From positions 2,080,001 to 2,144,000 of the forward strand of contig JBGANV010000001.1 of the NCBI GenBank assembly GCA_044222185.1: 64,000 nucleotides of DNA, in the 5' to 3' direction. The notes beneath the pieces were generated by a model that saw only the letters and a program-made list of their open reading frames with translations, ran no database searches and was not told the DNA's origin. The position numbers and the translations under genes are program-made. Positions 58,207 to 64,000 of this stretch are shown here, in pieces (positions within the stretch are counted from its first letter, which is position 1; each line of letters starts with the position of its first letter). Origin of the DNA: Planctomycetota bacterium (GTDB taxonomy: Bacteria; Planctomycetota; GCA-002687715; CAIWVZ01).

Positions 58207-58423
58207 GGACGTGTCTCCGGTGCCGGCGAAAGCCGGGTTGTGTTCCACGCGAACGATTGTCCGAGCGACACGACGACGCGTCCCTCCGTTGAAGTTCGTA
58301 ATGGTGCCGGAGATGGGACGAGTGCGAACGGTTCGATGAGACCGGTCGCGAGACGCAGTGCGCGCTCGGTGCCCGCCCCGCGTGCCGCTTGCGAGCCCGC
58401 CCCGAGCAGGCACCATCGTGCCC

Positions 58424-58702
58424 ATGGACTGGAAGCTCATCGCCACGACGTTCGTCACCATCTTCCTGGCGGAGCTCGGCGACAAGACGCAGCTCGCGAC
58501 GCTTTCGCTCGCGGCCGACGGGACGTCGAAGCGCAGCGTGTTCGTCGGGTCAGCCGCAGCCCTCATCGCCACGTCCGCCATCGCCGTCCTCGGCGGCGAG
58601 ATGATCGCCCGCGTGATCCCGCCGATCTGGATCAAACGGGTGGCGGGCGCGTTGTTCGTCGTGCTCGGCGCGCTGATGCTCTTGCGCAGCGGCAACGACT
58701 GA
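58424..58702 (+). CDS. TMEM165/GDT1 (UPF0016) family half-size membrane protein
   Basis: Signature FLAELGDKTQLA; three TM helices. Confidence 0.92.
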   Translation: MDWKLIATTFVTIFLAELGDKTQLATLSLAADGTSKRSVFVGSAAALIATSAIAVLGGEMIARVIPPIWIKRVAGALFVVLGALMLLRSGND

Positions 58703-58765
58703 GGCGCGGCGCGGAGCCGCGCCGCTCCGAAACTGCGGGCGCCTGCGTGCAGGCGCTCGAGCGAA

Positions 58766-59944
58766 TCAGGTCTTCTTCGCGGCCGTCAGACGGGCCACCG
58801 CGAGCTTCAGCAGCGCCTCGTTGCCATCGCCGGAACCGACGACGACGATCACGACCTTGCCCTCCTTGTCGACCAGCGCCAGCGTCGGGATTCCCGGCAC
58901 CTTGTAGTTGTCGAAATCGGACTTCTGCGCGATCACGAACGGATAGGCGATCTCGGTCACTTTCTTGAACGCCTCGACGTGCTTGGGGAACGCCGCCTCG
59001 TCCATGCCCTTCACGGATTCGCCGCCCACGTCCATCTGGGACTTGTTCGCCGGCATGTAGCCGTTGTCGTAGAAGCGGGTGACGCCGATGACCTCCAGGC
59101 CGTCCTTCTGATGCGCGGTGAACATCTCGCTCAGCTTCGGCATGACGTGGCGGCACGGTGGGCACCAGGTCGCCCAGAAGTCGACGAGCACCACCTTGCC
59201 CTTCATGGCGCTGAGGGCCTTCGCGTCGCCACCGATCCATTGCTTCGAATCGATGTCGGGGGCCTGCTTTCCGACGAGCGCGATCCGCAGATCCGTGTAG
59301 CGCTTCTGCTTCTCGTCGACCTTCGCTGCCTCCTCGAACTTCGCGATGGCGGCTTTCGTATCGCCGTCGATGGCCGCGAGGTCGCCCAGCGTGACCATGG
59401 CACGGAACTTCTCGGCGGCGGCCCCATTCTTCACCACCTCGTCGAGCGCCTTGCGCGCGTCGTCGACTCGACCGGCCGAGAGGAGCGCCGTCGGATAGGT
59501 GTTGTTCCGGATCATCTTCGCCGACTCGTGCTCGCCGAAGTTCTTCAGGATCGCTTCGCAGGCAGCGACCTTCGTCTCCGGCGCACTCTCACCGTTCGCG
59601 AGGCCGACGAGCCCATCGCGCATCATGTCGCCGTCGGTCTTCGGATCCATCTTCTTCCAGTCCGCGGTCGCGAACTGTTTGTGGAACGACTCGCGCGCGG
59701 TGTTCATCGCCTTGCGAAGCGGGTCGATCTCGGCGGTCAGTTTCTTCCGTTCGTCGGCGGGCAGGCTGCGATCCTGCATCTTCGGCGACGCTTCCTTCAT
59801 CGCGGTGGTGAACTTGTCGGAAGCGGCCTTGTACTCCGAGTAGGACTTCGACAACGGCGACGCTGGAGCGGGCGCGGCGCCAGGCTCCTGCGCGACGACG
59901 AACGCACAACAGAGCAGCGCGACCGAGATCGGAAGCAGACGCAT
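58766..59944 (-). CDS. Exported TlpA-like thiol:disulfide oxidoreductase with N-terminal helical/TPR region
   Basis: Signal peptide; KGKVVLVDFWATWCPPC and GIPT..LVDKEG; SD AGGAG. Confidence 0.9.
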   Translation of the reverse strand: MRLLPISVALLCCAFVVAQEPGAAPAPASPLSKSYSEYKAASDKFTTAMKEASPKMQDRSLPADERKKLTAEIDPLRKAMNTARESFHKQFATADWKKMDPKTDGDMMRDGLVGLANGESAPETKVAACEAILKNFGEHESAKMIRNNTYPTALLSAGRVDDARKALDEVVKNGAAAEKFRAMVTLGDLAAIDGDTKAAIAKFEEAAKVDEKQKRYTDLRIALVGKQAPDIDSKQWIGGDAKALSAMKGKVVLVDFWATWCPPCRHVMPKLSEMFTAHQKDGLEVIGVTRFYDNGYMPANKSQMDVGGESVKGMDEAAFPKHVEAFKKVTEIAYPFVIAQKSDFDNYKVPGIPTLALVDKEGKVVIVVVGSGDGNEALLKLAVARLTAAKKT

Positions 59945-60083
59945 GATCGAGTCTCCTGGGGTTCTTCGGCGGGTGACGTTCGACGGCCTCTGGCCAGGCG
60001 CGAATCCCATGCCCTGAGGGCAGACTGCGCGACGAGGGGCCAAAGACTGAGGACGCAATCCGCGACGCGGTTATTCACGGCGA

Positions 60084-60129
60084 CCGGTGCGAGCCGCGCC
60101 TCGCCGCCACGGCGAGTGAGTCGCACCGG
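60084..60129. terminator. Hairpin downstream of the ara operon
   Basis: ccggtgcga...ctcgcc / ggcgag...tcgcaccgg nested inverted repeat. Confidence 0.45.
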
Positions 60130-60144
60130 AGACTGGGTGGATTC

Positions 60145-61647
60145 TCAGACCTCGAGCGGCGCCCGGATCCGGACGTCCGTCGCCTCGATTCCTGAGAATG
60201 GGAGGTCGGAGGTGTAGAGGCCGGGCGTCTCCTGGCGAGCGTGGTAGGTCGCCATGCCGAGGTAGTTCCCGAACGCCTCCCACAGCACGTTCGCGACCCG
60301 CCCCTGCGTGATCGCCACGTGGTGCGGGAAATGGCGCAGCAGCACGTTGCGGTAGAGCCGCTGGAGGTCTGGGAGTCGACACCAGCCGTAGCACCCGAAG
60401 GTGACGGCCGGGTTCTCCTCGATCCGCCCCTCGGCAACCATGGCCTTCATGGTGCCGTCGGCGTCCTGCGTGACCCGGCACAGCGTCAGCGGCGTCTCGC
60501 GGGCGACGAACTCGATGGTGCCCTCCGAGTCCTCGTAGCGCGCCGCTCCGCTGGAAGCGATGATTTCCTGAACGCCCAACTTCACAGGCGTGCGGGCGAA
60601 CGCCGCGGGGAACACGCCGCAGTGCCAGACGTTCACCAGTTCGTCGTCGTCGTTGTGGACGTTGTTCCAGTCAGCGAGCCCCGCTGGCGAATCGCTCGCG
60701 AGCATCGCGGCGTGCATGGAGAGCGTTCCCATGATGTCCGCCTCGCAGGCACTCGGCATCCCCTCGTCGCCGAACCGGCTCATCGTCGTACACGAGCACA
60801 CGCCGTAATTCGCCTGCAGACTCGTCCAGCACTGGATCGCGAACGCATCCAGGGCGTTGGCCTTGGCCCAGCGCCGCAGGAACAGTTCGAGCTTGGCGCT
60901 GCGCAGGATCGACGCGTCCTTCACCGCAGACGTGTCGGCGTATCCGCGGATCGAGGTCGCGACCTGAATCACCGCCGGATCGTCGTCCGCGAGCTTGCCG
61001 GCTCCTCCGATCACCTCGCTCAGGTCGAGGGTGACGACGGTCGGTCCCATCCGCTGAAGCCGTTTCTCGTCGTAGCGGCAAGTCCAGAATGCGTCGGGGC
61101 GGGCGCCCACCTGTCCGTACCGGGCGCCGCGAATCCCGCGGACGACGCGACACAGCCTGATGAAGAAGTCGATGTCCTCGGCGAACGAAGGATCCGTCGG
61201 GAAGCAGATCGGCCGCTGCGCCACCGTGTACTTCGCACCGATCTGGCGGAGCACCTCGCCGATGCTGAGGAGGCCGCAGAAACTGTCGCGACGACGTGTC
61301 GTCATCGTGAGCCGTTCCTCCTCCTGGCAGCCGTAGATGAGGATCGGAACGTCGAGGCGGGCGCGCCGCACGCACCACGCCACTCCCTGCTCCTCGCCGA
61401 AGTTCACGGCACCGATGAGGATCCCATGGACGTCTTCGCGCCGGAACATCTCGGCGGTGAGTTCGGCCTCCTCACGGGTCTCGACGCAGCCGACCTTCGT
61501 CTGCCCGGGTGACGGGACGACGACGTCGACGCCGAGCTTCGCGAGAACCTCGAGCGTCTCGTTCCGCATCTTCGCGGCCAGTTCGCTCGAGAAGAACCCG
61601 CGATTCGCCGGGATGTAGCCGATCTTCACTCTCTTCGATGAATGCAT
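60145..61647 (-). CDS. L-fucose/L-arabinose isomerase family protein
   Basis: NFGEE, RRDSFCGLLS, AIQCW, ACEAD, WHCG and FPHHVA motifs; lies downstream of araB-araD. Confidence 0.85.
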   Translation of the reverse strand: MHSSKRVKIGYIPANRGFFSSELAAKMRNETLEVLAKLGVDVVVPSPGQTKVGCVETREEAELTAEMFRREDVHGILIGAVNFGEEQGVAWCVRRARLDVPILIYGCQEEERLTMTTRRRDSFCGLLSIGEVLRQIGAKYTVAQRPICFPTDPSFAEDIDFFIRLCRVVRGIRGARYGQVGARPDAFWTCRYDEKRLQRMGPTVVTLDLSEVIGGAGKLADDDPAVIQVATSIRGYADTSAVKDASILRSAKLELFLRRWAKANALDAFAIQCWTSLQANYGVCSCTTMSRFGDEGMPSACEADIMGTLSMHAAMLASDSPAGLADWNNVHNDDDELVNVWHCGVFPAAFARTPVKLGVQEIIASSGAARYEDSEGTIEFVARETPLTLCRVTQDADGTMKAMVAEGRIEENPAVTFGCYGWCRLPDLQRLYRNVLLRHFPHHVAITQGRVANVLWEAFGNYLGMATYHARQETPGLYTSDLPFSGIEATDVRIRAPLEV

Positions 61648-61661
61648 GGCGTTCCTGTGGT

Positions 61662-62366
61662 TCAGCGACCCTGGCCGTAATAGGCGCCGGGTCCGTGCTT
61701 GCGATCGTGGTGTCGTTCGAACAGCGGTTGTCTGGACGACGCGCCAGCGGGCGCGACGAGGAGCGACAGGGTCCCGAACGCCATCTGGGCGACGGCCTCG
61801 AGGGCGACGGCGTTCTCCAGGCTCTTCGTCGCCGTCTCCCCAAAGCAGAATGGAGCGTGCTGGCGGACGAGAACGGCCGGCATGCGGAGCGGGTCGCGCG
61901 AGCCAAGCACGTCGAGGATCGTGCGCCCCGTGGCCTCCTCGAAGCTGCCCTCGACCTCTGCGCGTTCGAGGGGACGCGTGACTGGGATGTCGCCTTCGAA
62001 GTGGTCCGCGTGCGTGGTGCCGAGACAGGGGATCCACCGCTCGGCCTGCGCGAACATGCAGGCGTACGCACTGTGCGTGTGGGTGATGCCGCCGACGGAC
62101 GGCAGCGCGCGGTACAGCATCCGGTGAATCGGCGTGTCGGTGGATGGCCGCGCCGAGCCTGCGCAGTGGCCGCTTGCCGCGTCCACGACGCACATGTCTT
62201 CGGGTCGCAGCGCGGCGTACGGCACGCCGCTCGGCTTGATGACGAGTGTGGAGCGGTCACGCGTGATCCCGCTGACGTTCCCCCACGTCAGTGCGACGAG
62301 GCGATGGCGTTCCAACCCCCGATTCGCCTCGCAGACCTCGGCGCGCAGATCGTCGATCTCGCTCAC
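61662..62366 (-). CDS. araD: L-ribulose-5-phosphate 4-epimerase
   Basis: LTWGNVSG, VIKPSGV.Y, PSTDTP.H, HTHS, GTTHADHF and KHGPGAYYGQ; GTG start overlaps the araB stop. Confidence 0.93.
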   Translation of the reverse strand: MSEIDDLRAEVCEANRGLERHRLVALTWGNVSGITRDRSTLVIKPSGVPYAALRPEDMCVVDAASGHCAGSARPSTDTPIHRMLYRALPSVGGITHTHSAYACMFAQAERWIPCLGTTHADHFEGDIPVTRPLERAEVEGSFEEATGRTILDVLGSRDPLRMPAVLVRQHAPFCFGETATKSLENAVALEAVAQMAFGTLSLLVAPAGASSRQPLFERHHDRKHGPGAYYGQGR

Positions 62367-64000
62367 GACGAACCTCCGTGTCCGCGCCGGGCCTCCGTGC
62401 GGATCGAGATGAGCTCCTTCATGACGTCGTGGAGCGCGCCCGACGCGCCGACGACGCCGAAGGCATCGTGGACGCGCCGGTACAGCGCGTAGAGCCGGCG
62501 GTAGACCGCGACCCGCTCCGCCTGTGGCTCGTGAACGCGCGGCTTCCACCCGGTCATGGCTCTCTGCGCAGCGGCGAAGTCCGCGTGCGCCCCGCCGACG
62601 ATCGCCCCGCAGATCGCGGCCCCCAGGGCGCAGGTCTGCGCCGAGCGAGACGTCACCATGGGTCGGTTGCACACGTCCGCGTAGATCTGCATCAGCACCG
62701 GGTTCTTCTCCGCGACGCCGCCGCAGTTGACGACGCGATCGACCTTCACACCGTACTCCTCCACGCGCTCGAGGATGCGCAGAGCTCCGAACGCCGTCGC
62801 CTCGATCAACGCGCGGTAGATTTCGGCCGGCGTCGTGGAGAGGGTCTCGCCGACGATGAGCCCGGTCAGCAGCGGATCCACGAGAATCGTGCGATTCCCG
62901 TTGTGCCAATCGAGTGCGAGGAGGCCCGACTCCCCTGGGCGCAGGCGACCCGCAGCGTCCGACAGCGCGGCGTGCGCGGCGTCGCCAGTCCCGAATCCAG
63001 CCGGCGCGATCTTCGCGACGAACCAGTGGAAGATGTCGCCGACGGCGGACTGCCCTGCCTCGATGCCCCAGGCGTTGGAGACGACCGATTCGGGCACGAT
63101 GCCGCAGACGCCGGGGATGTCCGGAAGCGCGACATCGAGTGGCGCCACGAGGATGTCGCACGTGCTCGTGCCGATGATCTTCACCAGGGTGCCTGGCGCG
63201 ATTCCCGCCCCGACCGCGCCCAGGTGCGCATCGAACGCTCCGACGGCGACGGGAATGCCGGCGGGAAGTCCCACCTCCGATGCGATCGGGGAAGACAGTC
63301 CGCCGGCGCGACGGTCGGCAGGCAGGCACGGCTGTCCGAACGAGCGACGGTGTCGGGAGAGCCCGGGCGCGAGGCGGTCGAGGAAGTCGGCCTGCGGCGG
63401 ACCGTCCCATGCCGCGGCGTACAGCGCCTTGTGGCCGGCGGCGCAAACGCTTCGGTTCAGACGGAACGGGTCGAGCCGGCCCGTGAGCCACGCGGGCACG
63501 AAATCGCAGCACTCGACCCAGCTCGCCGCGGCCGCCGCGACCTTCGGAGCCGCGCGCTCGCAGCGCAGGACTTTCGACCAGTACCACTCGGACGAGTACG
63601 TCCCTCCGCAGCGCGCCAGGTAGGGTCGATCTTCACGGCGGGCGCGGTCCGTGATCTCGGCGGCTTCGGCGAACGACGTGTGGTCCTTCCAAAGCCATGC
63701 CATGGCGGACGGGTTGCCTCGAAACTCGGATTTCCAGGCGAGAGGCTCGCCATCGGCGGCGACGGGCATGGGGGTCGAGCCGGTCGTGTCCACTCCGATG
63801 CCGACGACGCGCGCGGGATCGAACCCGGGAACGGCGCGGGCGGCGCGGATCGCGATCCTGACGGACTCGAGGAAGCCCGTCGTGTATTCGCGTGGGTCCT
63901 GCCGCGCCACGTTGGGGTCGGCCGAATCGCCGATCACGCCGGCGTCACCGCAGGCGTACGGATGGACTCCGGTCGCGATCTCCTCGCCGGAGTGCGTCTC
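62363..64000 (-). CDS. araB: Ribulokinase (5'-truncated by the window)
   Basis: GIGVDTTGSTP, LWKDHT, GGTYSSEW, CAAGHK, AFDAH, GTSTCD, ALDWHNGNRT and EATAFG motifs. Confidence 0.93.
   Translation of the reverse strand, partial: ETHSGEEIATGVHPYACGDAGVIGDSADPNVARQDPREYTTGFLESVRIAIRAARAVPGFDPARVVGIGVDTTGSTPMPVAADGEPLAWKSEFRGNPSAMAWLWKDHTSFAEAAEITDRARREDRPYLARCGGTYSSEWYWSKVLRCERAAPKVAAAAASWVECCDFVPAWLTGRLDPFRLNRSVCAAGHKALYAAAWDGPPQADFLDRLAPGLSRHRRSFGQPCLPADRRAGGLSSPIASEVGLPAGIPVAVGAFDAHLGAVGAGIAPGTLVKIIGTSTCDILVAPLDVALPDIPGVCGIVPESVVSNAWGIEAGQSAVGDIFHWFVAKIAPAGFGTGDAAHAALSDAAGRLRPGESGLLALDWHNGNRTILVDPLLTGLIVGETLSTTPAEIYRALIEATAFGALRILERVEEYGVKVDRVVNCGGVAEKNPVLMQIYADVCNRPMVTSRSAQTCALGAAICGAIVGGAHADFAAAQRAMTGWKPRVHEPQAERVAVYRRLYALYRRVHDAFGVVGASGALHDVMKELISIRTEARRGHGGSS

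Noticed and set aside
1-64000. Many long overlapping or antisense ORFs (e.g. 4089..6203-, 8098..9861-, 21943..23964+, 31746..33866+, 40054..42093-, 48001..50397-)
   Set aside because: Arg/Gly/Ala-rich shadow frames of real genes, expected in high-GC DNA with few stop codons; no family motifs

Overview
High-GC bacterial chromosomal window, most consistent with an uncultured Planctomycetota-type genome (inference from the DUF1800/DUF1501 pair, a membrane-fused ECF sigma factor and many large Sec-exported proteins). It holds about 45 credible CDSs and one tRNA-Val(CAC). No CRISPR array, transposase, integrase or prophage was seen. Highlights: (1) at least six otherwise unrelated ORFs, five with Sec-type leaders, end in a shared roughly 100-150 aa C-terminal domain, a candidate undescribed surface-sorting or anchoring signal; (2) a three-gene Rieske / cytochrome b / octaheme HAO-like operon, with the octaheme protein in the position of cytochrome c1/f; (3) two paralogous orphan NarL-type regulators, two USP genes and a CBS gene with recurring TACGCAC-like heptamers upstream (candidate hypoxia regulon); (4) a tandem REP-doublet (BIME/REPIN-like) element at 38.9-39.3 kb; (5) a giant DNRLRE/Ig/PKD-fused DUF1800 protein with a Tat-exported DUF1501 partner; (6) a MauG/BthA-like di-heme enzyme behind a G13 tract; (7) a secreted TPR-CHAT protein that appears to lack the catalytic motifs; (8) an araB-araD operon with a fucose-isomerase-family gene instead of canonical araA. 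All family calls come from motifs recognised by eye; no database searches were run.
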